Shown here in pieces: positions 6,739 to 17,208 of a stretch of 19,011 nt of DNA. The notes under the pieces are model-generated. The model was not told the origin of the DNA. It made no database searches and saw only the letters and a list, made by a program, of their open reading frames with translations. Where the stretch lies: positions 1-19,011 of the forward strand of contig CBDDUX010000114.1 of NCBI GenBank assembly GCA_965234725.1, read 5' to 3'. The translations under genes and the position numbers were made by a program. Numbering within the stretch: the stretch's first letter is position 1; every line of letters starts with the position of its first letter. This stretch comes from Thermoplasmatota archaeon (GTDB lineage Archaea > Thermoplasmatota > Penumbrarchaeia > Penumbrarchaeales > Penumbrarchaeaceae).

Positions 6739-7956
6739 GTGATTGTCGTGAAGAGGATCCAAGCGAATCCCAGGTCCCTGGAGATCGAATATGCAATCAG
6801 GGATGTCGTACTACCTGCCGCAGAGCTTGAAAGAAAAGGTCATTCCATAATGAAGCTAAATATCGGGGATCCGAACAAATACGATTTCGATACACCGGAT
6901 TTCATCAAGGACGCTGTCAGGGAAGCCATGGATATGGGTCTTAACGGCTATTCACCTTCAAGCGGACTTCCAGAACTTCTTGATGCCATCGTCATGGATG
7001 AGAGGTCCCGGGGGAATAACATCGAGGCAAAGGATGTGGTCGTAACAAACGGTGTGACCGAGGCCTTGCAGATGATCTTCTATTCCGCTATCTCCCCAGG
7101 AGACGAGGTCCTGGTCCCGGGTCCTTCATATCCCCCATACATTACCTATGTTCAGATGGTGGGAGGTATCCCGGTCCCATATCGTACCATCGAGGAAGAG
7201 GGATGGATACCTGATGTCGATGATATAGAATCGAAGATAACACAGAGGACTAAGGCGATCGCCATCATCAATCCCAATAATCCGACCGGCGCCCTTTATG
7301 ACGCTTCCACCATCAGGAGGATAGGTGAGATCGCCGCAAAGAACGACCTGTTCCTGATCTCGGATGAGATATACAATCTAATGACATTTGAAGGAGAGAC
7401 CCCGTCCACCGCAAAGGAATGTCCCGATGTTCCCGTTATCACCATGAACGGGATCTCAAAGATATATCTGGCACCGGGATGGAGGATCGGATATCTTGCG
7501 ATCAGGGATGTTGATAACAGGCTTGAGGATATTCGGGATGGGATCATGCGGCAGTCAAGGGCCCGTCTCTGTGCCAATTCCATCTGCGAATACGGTTATT
7601 TCAAGGCATTGACAGGAGACCGGTCCCATATAAGACGCACAATGGAGAAACTGGATAGAAGGAGGGAGATCGCCTTCAGGAGATTGAACGAGATCGAGGG
7701 TACCTCATCACAAGATCCCGGTGGAGCTTTCTATATGTTCCCCAGGATAGATGCTCTAGGGAGAGGACCGTGGAAGGATGATAAGGAATTCTCCCTTGAT
7801 CTCCTCCATGAGGAGAAGGTCCTGACGGTCTTCGGTTCCGGTTTTGGTAAAGAGTATGGTTCCGGTCATTTCAGGATAGTTATCCTTCCCCAGGAGGAGG
7901 TCCTTGAAAAGGCCTTCGATGGGATTGAAAGGCTCCTAAAAAAGAGAGTTGTTTAA
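6739..7956 (+). CDS. Class I/II PLP aminotransferase, alanine aminotransferase-like
   Basis: IEYAIRD, LNIGDP, INPNNPTG, SDEIY, SKIYLAPGWRIG (PLP lysine), GAFYMFP, GSGFG...HFRIVILP. The start could be the GTG at 6739 or 6748. Confidence 0.92.
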   Translation: MIVVKRIQANPRSLEIEYAIRDVVLPAAELERKGHSIMKLNIGDPNKYDFDTPDFIKDAVREAMDMGLNGYSPSSGLPELLDAIVMDERSRGNNIEAKDVVVTNGVTEALQMIFYSAISPGDEVLVPGPSYPPYITYVQMVGGIPVPYRTIEEEGWIPDVDDIESKITQRTKAIAIINPNNPTGALYDASTIRRIGEIAAKNDLFLISDEIYNLMTFEGETPSTAKECPDVPVITMNGISKIYLAPGWRIGYLAIRDVDNRLEDIRDGIMRQSRARLCANSICEYGYFKALTGDRSHIRRTMEKLDRRREIAFRRLNEIEGTSSQDPGGAFYMFPRIDALGRGPWKDDKEFSLDLLHEEKVLTVFGSGFGKEYGSGHFRIVILPQEEVLEKAFDGIERLLKKRVV

Positions 7957-8122
7957 CTGCACAGACGGATCAGTTCAATTATCAACTTTAATGTTTATTA
8001 AATTCTATATTATTATTTTTTCCATAATCAATGGTTTTTGTGGGTTAATATGTCAGGGGTCAGTTTATTATCTAATGTGCAAGACTTATGCACATCCGTA
8101 TCCGTCCAAGGGAGTGACCCCG

Positions 8123-8608
8123 ATGTCCTTTAGACCTATCCCGTTCGTTATTTCATTTGTACTGCTCCTTGCAGCCTGGGTAATGCTCACATCAAGCCTC
8201 CAATACCAGGAGCTGATAGCTGGGATCATTGTATCGATTGCCCTTGCGATAACTCTAAATTCAATTCTTCCCAAGGGTGGAAAAGGTAACCTTCCTGTCA
8301 GGATCGTCAAGGCCTTCTGGTTCTTGATCGTCCTCGGAAAGGAAATGGTGGTGGCCAACCTGGATGTAGCCTTCAGGGTTCTTCATCCAAAGATGCCAAT
8401 AAGACCTGGGATCGTGGAGGTCAAACCCGGACTTGATTCTGAAATGGGCAAGGTCCTCCTATCGAATTCGATCACTCTGACCCCCGGGACCCTTTCAATG
8501 GACTGGATAGGTGACAGTCTATTCATACACTGGATAAATGTTAACGAGGAAGATACGGATTCCTCGATCGAACCCCTGAACAGGGCCGTGAAGGGGGTGT
8601 TCCCATGA
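8123..8608 (+). CDS. mbxA: Mbx/Mbs subunit A (MnhE-like)
   Basis: ANLDVA...PIRPGIV...LSNSITLTPGTL...LFIHWINV. Start moved to the ATG at 8123, which follows GGAGTGA. Confidence 0.88.
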   Translation: MSFRPIPFVISFVLLLAAWVMLTSSLQYQELIAGIIVSIALAITLNSILPKGGKGNLPVRIVKAFWFLIVLGKEMVVANLDVAFRVLHPKMPIRPGIVEVKPGLDSEMGKVLLSNSITLTPGTLSMDWIGDSLFIHWINVNEEDTDSSIEPLNRAVKGVFP

Positions 8609-8868
8609 TACCTGAATGGTTCCTCTGGGCAACGGTTATTCTATCCGGAGGGGCCACCCTGCTTGCACTGGTAAGGGCTTTCATCGGACCTACAACACCG
8701 GATCGGATCGCCGCTGTTGATAACATGACCACTGTGATGGCATCATACTTCCTGATCCTGGCCCTGATGATGGGGTCTGGTATCTACGTGGATGTGGCCA
8801 TGGTCTATGCGATCATCTCTTTCATCGGGATCCTTGTATTTGCCAGATATCTGGAGGGATCGATTTGA
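8605..8868 (+). CDS. mbxB: Mbx/Mbs subunit B (MnhF-like)
   Basis: GPTTPDRIAAVD, YVDVAMVYAIISFIG...ARYLEG. ATGA overlap with the previous gene. Confidence 0.9.
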   Translation: MIPEWFLWATVILSGGATLLALVRAFIGPTTPDRIAAVDNMTTVMASYFLILALMMGSGIYVDVAMVYAIISFIGILVFARYLEGSI

Positions 8869-9212
8869 CACCAGTAAACGAGATCGTCGGGATGGTGTTC
8901 ATTGCAATCGGGCTTCTATTCCAGGTACTTGGGGCCCTGGGTCTGGTAAGGTTTCCGGATGTCTACAACAGGCTTCAGGCTGCAACCAAAACCATAACCC
9001 TGGGGGCGATATCCATTGCTCTCGGGGTCGGGATCGCTGATGTATCCCTGCTTCCAAAGTCCTTGATAGTGGCCTTTTTCCTCCTCCTTACCAACCCGAT
9101 CGCATCCCATGCCATTGCAAGGGCGGCATACAGGAGCGGGGTTCCTTTGTGGAAAGGTTCGGTTATTGACATGTATGGAAAGGCCCTCAAAAAGGAGGGT
9201 GATGGAAAATGA
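8865..9212 (+). CDS. mbxC: Mbx/Mbs subunit C (MnhG-like)
   Basis: GLVRFPDVYNRLQAATKTITLG, LTNPIASHAIARAAY. Confidence 0.92.
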   Translation: MTPVNEIVGMVFIAIGLLFQVLGALGLVRFPDVYNRLQAATKTITLGAISIALGVGIADVSLLPKSLIVAFFLLLTNPIASHAIARAAYRSGVPLWKGSVIDMYGKALKKEGDGK

Positions 9213-9478
9213 ACTCTCTCATCTTCCTCACCCTGGGGACATTGATGTTCATTGTAATGATCGCGCTTGCTGTTGCAGCTGTCATTTCCAAGGACCTGAT
9301 AAGAAGCGCCATACTCCTGGCCGGAGTATCCCTGGTGGCATCGTTCATCTTCGTCCTTCTCAAGGCTCCCGATGTTGCCATGGCAGAAGCTTCCATAGGA
9401 TCCGCCCTAACCGCCATGATAATGGTCTATGCCATCAGACGGACCAAGAGGTTCGAGGAAGGAGGTGGCCAACGATGA
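9209..9478 (+). CDS. mbxD: Mbx/Mbs subunit D (DUF4040-like)
   Basis: KDLIRSAI, LKAPDVAMAEASIGS. Confidence 0.88.
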   Translation: MNSLIFLTLGTLMFIVMIALAVAAVISKDLIRSAILLAGVSLVASFIFVLLKAPDVAMAEASIGSALTAMIMVYAIRRTKRFEEGGGQR

Positions 9479-10197
9479 TGGAAAGGTCCATTCTCCACAG
9501 GTCCATTCCTGCCATCCTGGTCGCATTATTGGTTGCAGGGACGTTGTTCCTCGCATTCGTAGAGATAGGATTCGGGGACCCAAGGGTCGATGACTCGGAC
9601 TCGGTATCCAGCAGATACATAGCGAATGGAACCGATGAAACAGGTTCCTCGAACCTTGTAACATCCGTAGTGGTAAATTACAGAGGATTCGACACTCTTG
9701 GAGAGGTTACGGTCCTGTTCCTTGCGGCAGCAGGAGTATCCGCAATGATATCCCTGCTTCCCGAGGATGAAAAAAGGAAGAAGGGGCCGAAACCCTCTTT
9801 GATAATGACACAGGGAGGAATGCTGGCAATACCAGTGATAGTCCTCTTCGGCACATACATCTTCCTCCATGGACATCTGTCTCCAGGTGGCGGTTTTCAG
9901 GGAGGCGTTGTCATCGCATCCGCTTTCCTGCTCTACCTCCTTGTTAAACCCGGTGCAAAGGTATCCCATTCAGGGCTTTCCCTCTCGGAATCGATAGCAG
10001 GCCTTGCGTTCGTAGGGATCGGTCTTGTCGGTCTGGCCGTTTCCGGGATATTCCTTGACAACGTCATTGAAGGGTTCGGAGAGGTCGGGCAGCTTGTATC
10101 GGGTGGACTCATACCCTTGATCTATATCGCAATAGGGATCAAGGTGGGTTCGGAGATGTCCGGCCTGGTCACCAAAATGAGGGGGGATGCCTCATGA
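9475..10197 (+). CDS. mbxF: Mbx/Mbs MnhB-like subunit (MbxF / MbsE)
   Basis: NLVTSVVVNYRGFDTLGEVTVL and HGHLSPGGGFQGG. Start moved to the ATG at 9475, which follows GGAGGTGG. Confidence 0.88.
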   Translation: MMERSILHRSIPAILVALLVAGTLFLAFVEIGFGDPRVDDSDSVSSRYIANGTDETGSSNLVTSVVVNYRGFDTLGEVTVLFLAAAGVSAMISLLPEDEKRKKGPKPSLIMTQGGMLAIPVIVLFGTYIFLHGHLSPGGGFQGGVVIASAFLLYLLVKPGAKVSHSGLSLSESIAGLAFVGIGLVGLAVSGIFLDNVIEGFGEVGQLVSGGLIPLIYIAIGIKVGSEMSGLVTKMRGDAS

Positions 10198-10583
10198 CCG
10201 ATTACAGCTGGGTCTTCTTCGGCGGGATAATGGCCCTCATGGCCGTTGGGATCTGGGCAATCCTCTCCAGGAGGAACTTGATCAAGATGATAATGGGTCT
10301 GGTTATCCTCGAGACCGCTGTCAACCTCCTTCTTGTGGCCGTAGGCTATGTCAACGATAGGGCCGCTCCGATAGTTGGTGGCGACACCGGCCTGCCCAAT
10401 TCTCCCGTGGGAGAGGTCGTCGATCCGATCCCGCAGGCACTGGTCCTCACTGCCATTGTCATAGGATTGGCAACAACCGCACTGGCTCTAGTGGCTGCTA
10501 TAGGTTACTTCAGGACCTCGGGTACTCTGGAACTGAAAAGCTTCAGTTACGGAAGGACCGATGAAAAGGAGGTGAGGAAATGA
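10194..10583 (+). CDS. mbxG: Mbx/Mbs subunit G (MnhC-like)
   Basis: NLIKMIMGL, VDPIPQALVLTAIVIG. Confidence 0.92.
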   Translation: MTDYSWVFFGGIMALMAVGIWAILSRRNLIKMIMGLVILETAVNLLLVAVGYVNDRAAPIVGGDTGLPNSPVGEVVDPIPQALVLTAIVIGLATTALALVAAIGYFRTSGTLELKSFSYGRTDEKEVRK

Positions 10584-12064
10584 TCGTGGATCCTGTTCTC
10601 CTCGTGGTTATCCCACTTTCTGCGGCGTTCCTCGTTCCGCTTATCTCATTGCTATCGAAGAAGATAGCCGAGTGGGTCCCGCTCCTTGGGCTTCTTGGAA
10701 TGGCCGTGGTAATGGCCCTCAACCTCCCAGAACTCCTCAACGGACCAGTTACTTCCACAACAGGGGGTTTCAACCCACCATGGGGTATCTCGATCATCAT
10801 GACTCCCCTGGGCGGACTCTTTGCAGCCGGTATGATAGGGGTCGGCCTGTTCGTATCCATATCCGGGATCAGCGATTCGGGAAGACCCCATCAGACCGTA
10901 TACAACACCTTTGTGATGATGGCAACCGCAGGGTCCGTGGGGATGGTCATCACGGGAGACCTCTTCAATATGTTCGTCTTTCTGGAGATAACCTCGATCT
11001 CCGGAGTGGTCCTTGCAGCAATGCCAAGGAAAGGTCATGATAAGGGCCTGAACTGGAGAGGAGCCGCGGTGTATGCAGTTGTTGGCGGTGTGGCATCATT
11101 CCTGGTACTTGCAGGAGTAGCACTGCTTTACGGTTCCACCTCAACATTGAACATAGCCCAGATCGCTTCCAGGATCGAGGATGTGGATACATTTGTCATA
11201 GGGGCCGCATTCCTTGCAATGTTCGTGGGATTCGGCATAGAATCCGAACTTTTCCCTTTGAACGGATGGGCACCGGAGGTTTACAGAGGTTCCAGATGGG
11301 GTACCGGTTCCCTCTTTTCCGGTGTTATTGGGAAAGCGGGACTGCTTGCACTCATAAGGGTATCCATAACCGTCCTATCTCCTGGTCTGGAGAACGATCT
11401 CATCCCGGATATTCTGCTTTGGGTCGGAGCAGCCACATACATCTTCGGAGAGGCGGCCGCCTTTTCTTCAAAGGACCTCTATCGTATCCTTGGCTATTCA
11501 TCTATAGGCATGTTTGGACTTCTCACGGTCTCTTTTTCCCTAGGTGTTGAAAATGGGATCAGAGGAGGGACCTTGCTCCTTATCGGTCATATGTTGGTAA
11601 AACCCCTGCTTTTCTCCATGGCCTCTTATGCAGGCAGGATGAAGAAAGGAGATGTTCCCATCTCATCCCTGAAAGGTCTGATAAAAACATCTCCCCTTGC
11701 AGGTATATTGATGACAATTGGAATACTGGCCCTGATCGGTATGCCCCCCTCCCCCATATTCTGGGGTAAGTTCCTGCTAATATCTTCTGCAGGTTCGGAG
11801 GCCCAATGGCTCTTGATCGGGGTCCTCCTGACAGGCACCATTCTCGAGGCAGGATATCTAGGAAGGATGCTTTTCAATATCTTCGATACCAGGAGATCGC
11901 ATTCTCCCTCAAAGCTGCCGATCGCAAGAGGACTCATGGGAATTGCAGCTGTGCTGACGATACTCTTGATCGGGATCGTCCCGGGGCCATTGAATGATAT
12001 GGCCGATCTTATCGTTAAGGAACTTCTGGACCCGTCAATTTACACCTCATGGGGGGTGATCTGA
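10580..12064 (+). CDS. mbxH: Mbx/Mbs antiporter-like subunit H (MnhD-like)
   Basis: TGDLFNMFVFLEI, STLNIAQ, ELFPLNGWAPEVY, RILGYSSI; about 14 hydrophobic segments. Confidence 0.88.
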   Translation: MIVDPVLLVVIPLSAAFLVPLISLLSKKIAEWVPLLGLLGMAVVMALNLPELLNGPVTSTTGGFNPPWGISIIMTPLGGLFAAGMIGVGLFVSISGISDSGRPHQTVYNTFVMMATAGSVGMVITGDLFNMFVFLEITSISGVVLAAMPRKGHDKGLNWRGAAVYAVVGGVASFLVLAGVALLYGSTSTLNIAQIASRIEDVDTFVIGAAFLAMFVGFGIESELFPLNGWAPEVYRGSRWGTGSLFSGVIGKAGLLALIRVSITVLSPGLENDLIPDILLWVGAATYIFGEAAAFSSKDLYRILGYSSIGMFGLLTVSFSLGVENGIRGGTLLLIGHMLVKPLLFSMASYAGRMKKGDVPISSLKGLIKTSPLAGILMTIGILALIGMPPSPIFWGKFLLISSAGSEAQWLLIGVLLTGTILEAGYLGRMLFNIFDTRRSHSPSKLPIARGLMGIAAVLTILLIGIVPGPLNDMADLIVKELLDPSIYTSWGVI

Positions 12065-13956
12065 TGGATGTGATCAACGAACCGGCAACCTTGCTATTTG
12101 TCCTCGGAGCTGGCGGGATCCTCTCAATGCTTCTCTGGAAAGTTCGATGGTTCGCCGCTCTCATTTCGATCCTGACCTCTCTGATCGCGGCAGGGATGGT
12201 CCTCCATACAGGTATCCTTGGGAAGATATCCTCTTTGAAGATCTGGGAATATTCTGTTTTCGGTGATGTATCCCTATCCCTGGGAACGAATTGGTTCTCA
12301 TATCTATTCCTTGCATCCATTGTGGTACTTGCACCACTTGTCCTGATATATTCCTGGGAGCCTATGAAAACAAGGCAAAAGGATAGGCCTTTCTACGGCC
12401 TTTTCATGGTCTCCCTGGTAGGAGCAGCTGGTGTCACAATGGCAAGGGACCTTCTGACCATGTTCCTGTTCTGGGAACTGATGACCTGGCCGGTTATCCT
12501 TCTGATTGGCGACGGCAGGCCAGGGTCCGGGAAGGCATTGAAGATGTATTTCGGATTTGGAATGCTCTCGGCAGGAGGCATCCTCGGGATGTTGGCCATC
12601 GTCAATTGGTCCCAGGGAGGAATTGCCTATTCCGATGCGGTAATGACATTGAAGGAAGGGAGTACCGGACTGAGGATAGCCTTCCTCCTCCTCGGAGCTG
12701 CCGCATTCGGAACCAAAGCGGCGATAGTCCCCTTCCATATATGGGCTCCGGGGGCCTATGGCCACACAGAGGATTCTTTCACATCATTCTTTTCCGGGGG
12801 CCTTTCCAAGACAGGCATCTATGGTGCTTTTCTTGTTGTTGACGTTTTTATCGGAACAGCGGTCCTCCTCTCTTACGGGTCGGTCAACGGACTTACACCG
12901 ATCGGTTTCTTCATTGCTCTGGCCGGTGCGATCACCGCTCTTATCGGGGGTATGATGGCAATGATGCAGGACGATGCAAAGAAGCTCCTTGCCTATTCAT
13001 CGATCTCTCAGCTTGGGTATATCTTCGTTGGCCTTGGGGTCGGAGGCTCGACCGCAACAGCTGGAGCACTCTACCATGTCCTCAATCACACGGCATTCAA
13101 GGCGGTTCTGTTCATGGGCCTTGGGGCGGTGATATACAGGACAGGCGAGCATCGATTGTCAAGGCTGGGTGGTATGATACATGTCATGCCTGCCACATTC
13201 TGGTGCTTCCTTGTGGGAATATTTGCCGCTGCGGCGATCCCGATAACATCGGGTCTTGCTTCGAAATGGCTGATCTACGAGGGAGCCCTGGAAAAGGGTG
13301 TAGGCGTACTCGTTCCGATCCTTTTCCTGGCATCCGTCGCTGCTTTCCTCTATTCATTCAGAATACTTCAGGGCGGTTTCATGGGACAATTGAGGGACGA
13401 GTTCAGGGATGTGAAGGAAGCCCCGCTAACAATGCTAATCCCAATGATCCTGATAATGATCGCTTTGATAGTTTTCGCATTCATCCCCGGTCTCCCCATG
13501 GAGTTGATCTCCAGAGCAATGGGTGATATCGGAATGGAAGCCCCGGAGTATTCCATCTTCTCTCTGAAATCCGGTGTGGGAAGCTATTCCGGCCTTATTG
13601 TGATGATCGCTGTGGGTGCGGGTTTCCTGACCTCAGTATTGATGTTCTTTTCCAGACCGCTTGGGAGGCACATTAATCTCAGAGACACCTTCACAGCCGG
13701 AGAGGAACCGATCCCGAATATGGACAAGCGCTATCATTACGCCTGGAAGTTCTATGCTCCCTATGAGAGGTTCCTGAAACCCTATTTCAACAACTGGATA
13801 GGAAAAGGTTGGGCAAAGGTATACAAGTTAGTCTCTCAGATAACAAGGCTTCATCGATCGATCATGAACGGAGATATCACAGGATACCTTTGGCTCGTGT
13901 TCGGATCCCTGGTTCTCCTGGGGGTCATTCTTTACAGGTTCGGGGGGTGGTTCTGA
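12064..13956 (+). CDS. mbxH': Mbx/Mbs antiporter-like subunit H' (NuoL/MrpA-like)
   Basis: DLLTMFLFWELM, KAAIVPFHIWAP, QDDAKKLLAYSSISQLGY, HVLNHTAFKAVLF. Start at the TGATG overlap at 12064. Confidence 0.88.
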   Translation: MDVINEPATLLFVLGAGGILSMLLWKVRWFAALISILTSLIAAGMVLHTGILGKISSLKIWEYSVFGDVSLSLGTNWFSYLFLASIVVLAPLVLIYSWEPMKTRQKDRPFYGLFMVSLVGAAGVTMARDLLTMFLFWELMTWPVILLIGDGRPGSGKALKMYFGFGMLSAGGILGMLAIVNWSQGGIAYSDAVMTLKEGSTGLRIAFLLLGAAAFGTKAAIVPFHIWAPGAYGHTEDSFTSFFSGGLSKTGIYGAFLVVDVFIGTAVLLSYGSVNGLTPIGFFIALAGAITALIGGMMAMMQDDAKKLLAYSSISQLGYIFVGLGVGGSTATAGALYHVLNHTAFKAVLFMGLGAVIYRTGEHRLSRLGGMIHVMPATFWCFLVGIFAAAAIPITSGLASKWLIYEGALEKGVGVLVPILFLASVAAFLYSFRILQGGFMGQLRDEFRDVKEAPLTMLIPMILIMIALIVFAFIPGLPMELISRAMGDIGMEAPEYSIFSLKSGVGSYSGLIVMIAVGAGFLTSVLMFFSRPLGRHINLRDTFTAGEEPIPNMDKRYHYAWKFYAPYERFLKPYFNNWIGKGWAKVYKLVSQITRLHRSIMNGDITGYLWLVFGSLVLLGVILYRFGGWF

Positions 13957-14900
13957 TGGATGCCACCGGATGGGTCATGGTATTTCTGGCTCCGTTACTT
14001 GCCTTCATACTTGGACATCTGTTCCTGGGTATATCCCGGAAGTTCACTGCAAGGATACACCGGAGGGTGGGCCCACCTGTCTTGCAGCAGTTCATCGATG
14101 TGATGAAGTTATTTGGAAAGCGGGAATCCACTACCCATTCCTGGGTCCAGGACATGGGTGCCCTCTTTGCCGTGATCGGTGTTTTCGCATCCATACTGTT
14201 CATTCCCATCGGAGGTGAAGCCATCCTTTCCTTCCAGGGGGACCTGATAGTTCTGGCATATCTTCTGGTAATAGCCCCTCTTGGGATGGCACTTGGAACC
14301 GGAGCAACGGGAAATCCGAACTCTGCTATCGGTGTTTCAAGAGGACTCATGCTGATGATGGGTTATGAGCTTCCTTTCGCCATGGTATTGGTTGCTGTAA
14401 TGCTCCATTATGATACAGCCTCGCTTGGTGATATCGTGGAGGCCCAGAAGGGTGCCTTCAATTGGGCCATTCTTGCCCTTCCTCTTTCAGCTATCGCAGC
14501 GGACCTTTCTCTTCAAGCGATGCTCGGAGAGAAACCATTCGATCAACCGGTGGCTCCTTCGGAGATAGCATCAGGTCCCATGGTCGAGTTCGGAGGGAAG
14601 TACCTGGGTATGCTTATGGTATGGCATGCAATGTCCATAGTCGTGGAAGCAGGATTGTTCGTTGACCTCTTCCTCGGTGGAGGTGTGATATTCTCTGGCA
14701 GTTCGGTCTTTGGACTGGTTGGCAATATCGTGGTATGGGCACTGCTTTCGCTTGTAATGTGGCTGATATCAGTTTCAATAAATACCGTGTTCGGCCGATT
14801 CAAGATGGGTCAGGCCCTAAAATTTTACTGGGGGGTTCCCACACTTCTTGCCTTATTGAGCCTGGCGTATGTTGTGGTGACCAATCTGGGGGTGATTTAG
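13956..14900 (+). CDS. mbxM: Mbx/Mbs subunit M (NuoH-like)
   Basis: RKFTARIHRRVGPPVLQQFIDVMKL, KPFDQPVAPSEIASGPMVEFGG. Start at the TGATG overlap at 13956. Confidence 0.92.
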   Translation: MDATGWVMVFLAPLLAFILGHLFLGISRKFTARIHRRVGPPVLQQFIDVMKLFGKRESTTHSWVQDMGALFAVIGVFASILFIPIGGEAILSFQGDLIVLAYLLVIAPLGMALGTGATGNPNSAIGVSRGLMLMMGYELPFAMVLVAVMLHYDTASLGDIVEAQKGAFNWAILALPLSAIAADLSLQAMLGEKPFDQPVAPSEIASGPMVEFGGKYLGMLMVWHAMSIVVEAGLFVDLFLGGGVIFSGSSVFGLVGNIVVWALLSLVMWLISVSINTVFGRFKMGQALKFYWGVPTLLALLSLAYVVVTNLGVI

Positions 14901-15506
14901 ATGTCGGAGGAGAATCCAAAAGGAGGACTTCTTGATCAGGATGGAAGACCGATTACGAACCTCCCCGAGAGGGGATTCGTCAGAAAAGTAGCCGATTGGG
15001 CTTCATCACGATCCATGTGGCTTCTCTGGTATTGCACCGGGTGCGGAGCGGTGGAGCTTCCTCCGTCATTCACATCCAGATATGATATGGAGAGGTATGG
15101 TATAGGGCCAATGGCCACTCCGAGACAGGCTGATATTTTCCTCATCACGGGATACCTGTCCGTCAAGACGTTGAAGAGGATCGTTAGGTCCTATGAGCAG
15201 ATGCAGGATCCCAAATATGTCTTAGGGCACGGCTCCTGCACCATTGACGGGGGAATGTACTGGGACTCTTATGCAACCGTCAAGGATGTGGGATTGTACA
15301 TCCCAGTGGACCTCTACATAGCTGGTTGCATGCCAAGACCTGAAGCGATATTCCAGGCGTTCGAAAAACTTCAGGATATGATAACGAAGGGTGAAGCTCT
15401 GGGCTGGAAGAAGTACAAGGAGAACTATCAATGGTATCGGAAGAACCAGGACAAGGTCTTCAGGAGAGGACCTGACTGGGCGCTGGAGGAACCGGAACTG
15501 AGGTGA
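14901..15506 (+). CDS. mbxJ: Mbx/Mbs subunit J (NuoB-like Fe-S subunit)
   Basis: CTGCGAVE, RYDMERYG, TPRQAD, GSCTIDGG, PVDLYIAGCMPRPE. Confidence 0.93.
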   Translation: MSEENPKGGLLDQDGRPITNLPERGFVRKVADWASSRSMWLLWYCTGCGAVELPPSFTSRYDMERYGIGPMATPRQADIFLITGYLSVKTLKRIVRSYEQMQDPKYVLGHGSCTIDGGMYWDSYATVKDVGLYIPVDLYIAGCMPRPEAIFQAFEKLQDMITKGEALGWKKYKENYQWYRKNQDKVFRRGPDWALEEPELR

Positions 15507-15507
15507 T

Positions 15508-16098
15508 ATGATGGTCAAGGATTCCTACGATCTTACAAAGAGAAAGGACCAGCGTAATGGAACATATGTTCCAAAAGATGTTCCGGTACAGAATGTGATG
15601 GATGAAATCCTGGGGAAGGTCCCAGGTTCTGAAATGGTTCCGAGGAAAGGCAGAAGAGCGGAGGTAAAAATTCCTCCTCTACTTGTTTCCGAAACGCTTT
15701 CGATCTTTAAAAGGGATGGATATGACCATTTCGTTGCACTTACCTGCATAGACCAGATAGATGAGGGTAAGTTTGACCTGGTTTACCATCTGTTCTCCTA
15801 CGGTGCCAGGGTCCATGTGTATGTCAAAACATCGATACCAAGGAAGAAACCAACCATCCATTCTGTCATCGATGTTTTCAGACCCTCGATAACCTATGAG
15901 AGGGAGATCAAGGAGATGTTTGGTGTGGATTTCCCAGGAAATCCCCGTTTGACCGATTTCATACTGGAGGATTGGGAAGGTCCTCCTCCCATGAGGAAGG
16001 ATTTCGATTCCATTCAGTATGTTCAGGACACCTTTGACATCCATGTCAGACATCCCAAAGGTCTTCCACCCAAACCGAAAAAGGAAGGTGGTGCCTGA
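15508..16098 (+). CDS. mbxK: Mbx/Mbs subunit K (NuoC-like)
   Basis: FDLVYHL, YEREIKEMFGVDFPGNP, WEGPPPMRKDF. Confidence 0.92.
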   Translation: MMVKDSYDLTKRKDQRNGTYVPKDVPVQNVMDEILGKVPGSEMVPRKGRRAEVKIPPLLVSETLSIFKRDGYDHFVALTCIDQIDEGKFDLVYHLFSYGARVHVYVKTSIPRKKPTIHSVIDVFRPSITYEREIKEMFGVDFPGNPRLTDFILEDWEGPPPMRKDFDSIQYVQDTFDIHVRHPKGLPPKPKKEGGA

Positions 16099-17204
16099 TG
16101 GATGATTTCAGAGCAACGGAGATAATCTTCGGCCCCCAGCATCCTGGTATACACGGGAACTTTGGCACCAGGCTGGAACTCGAAGGAGACCTTGCCCACA
16201 GGGCAAGGATGGTTCCAGGCTACCTTCATCGTGCATTCGAGAAATTGATGGAGCACCGCACCTGGATGCAGAACGTGGCAATTGTACCCAGGATTTGCGT
16301 CCCCGATCCTGATGTCAACGAACAGGCCTATTCAATGGCCATAGAGGATATTATGGGGATAGAAGTTCCAAAGCGGGCTCATTACATCAGGACGGTGATC
16401 CTGGAACTTTCACGGATCGGATCCCACCTTATGAGCCTCGGAGGGCTGGGAGGGGCCATTGGTCTTTACACTCTTCCCATGTGGTCAAATGGAGATAGGG
16501 ATTATATTCTGGACCTAATGGAACAGCTGACCGGTGGGAGGGTCTATCATATTTTCATCTGGCCCGGTGGTGTCCGATGGGATATGCCGGATAACTGGCC
16601 CAGGAAGGTCAATAAAGTGCTGGACCATATCGAATCAAGGCTCCCAGATTATCATTCACTTTTCTTCGAATCGAAGGTCACCGATGCAAGATTGAAGGGA
16701 TTGGCACCATTCGATTCACAATGGGCGGTGGAACATGGTGTTACAGGCCCAAATCTCAGGGCGACCGGATTTGAGATGGACCTGAGAAGGTTCGATCCAT
16801 ACGCCGCTTACGAGGAACTGGATTTCGATATCATTACAAGAAAAGAGGGAGACGGACTTGCAAGGGCCCTTGTAAGATGGTACGAGGTCGGTCAGTCGAT
16901 CCGGATCATCAGACAGGCCCTTGAGGATATGCCCGGTGGGGAACACCGGGCCAAGGTCCCACCACCTCTTGCATTCATGGTCCCCCCTGGAGACAGCTAC
17001 GCCAGGGTCGAGAGCTCCAAGGGCGAATACGGATACTACGTTGTCTCCAAGGGGGGCAAGTTTCCATACAGGGTCCATGTCAGAGGTCCCTCGTTCACCC
17101 ACGGGATAGACGTCCTGGAGCAGCTCCTTCCCGGAAATGAGATATCTGACGTAGCACTGATAACAGGTACCCTGGAGGTATGCCCCCCCGATATAGACAG
17201 GTGA
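16098..17204 (+). CDS. mbxL: Mbx/Mbs catalytic subunit L (NuoD / hydrogenase large subunit-like, two Cys only)
   Basis: FGPQHP, GYLHRAFEKL, RICVPD and C-terminal VCPPDIDR. It lacks the second Cys of both NiFe CxxC motifs. Confidence 0.93.
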   Translation: MDDFRATEIIFGPQHPGIHGNFGTRLELEGDLAHRARMVPGYLHRAFEKLMEHRTWMQNVAIVPRICVPDPDVNEQAYSMAIEDIMGIEVPKRAHYIRTVILELSRIGSHLMSLGGLGGAIGLYTLPMWSNGDRDYILDLMEQLTGGRVYHIFIWPGGVRWDMPDNWPRKVNKVLDHIESRLPDYHSLFFESKVTDARLKGLAPFDSQWAVEHGVTGPNLRATGFEMDLRRFDPYAAYEELDFDIITRKEGDGLARALVRWYEVGQSIRIIRQALEDMPGGEHRAKVPPPLAFMVPPGDSYARVESSKGEYGYYVVSKGGKFPYRVHVRGPSFTHGIDVLEQLLPGNEISDVALITGTLEVCPPDIDR

Positions 17205-17208
17205 TCCT

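Noticed and set aside
7949..8122. N-terminal extension of the MnhE-like ORF
   Set aside because: It overlaps the aminotransferase stop and is AT-rich and promoter-like. An SD-backed ATG lies at 8123.
7957..8122. SurR-type GTTn3AAC site upstream of mbx
   Set aside because: I saw no exact match, only a weak AGTT-N8-AACT palindrome at 7972-7987.
9109..9474. N-terminal extensions of ORFs 9109 and 13809 in the ORF track
   Set aside because: They overlap real upstream subunits in another frame. Coupled starts at 9475 and 13956 fit better.
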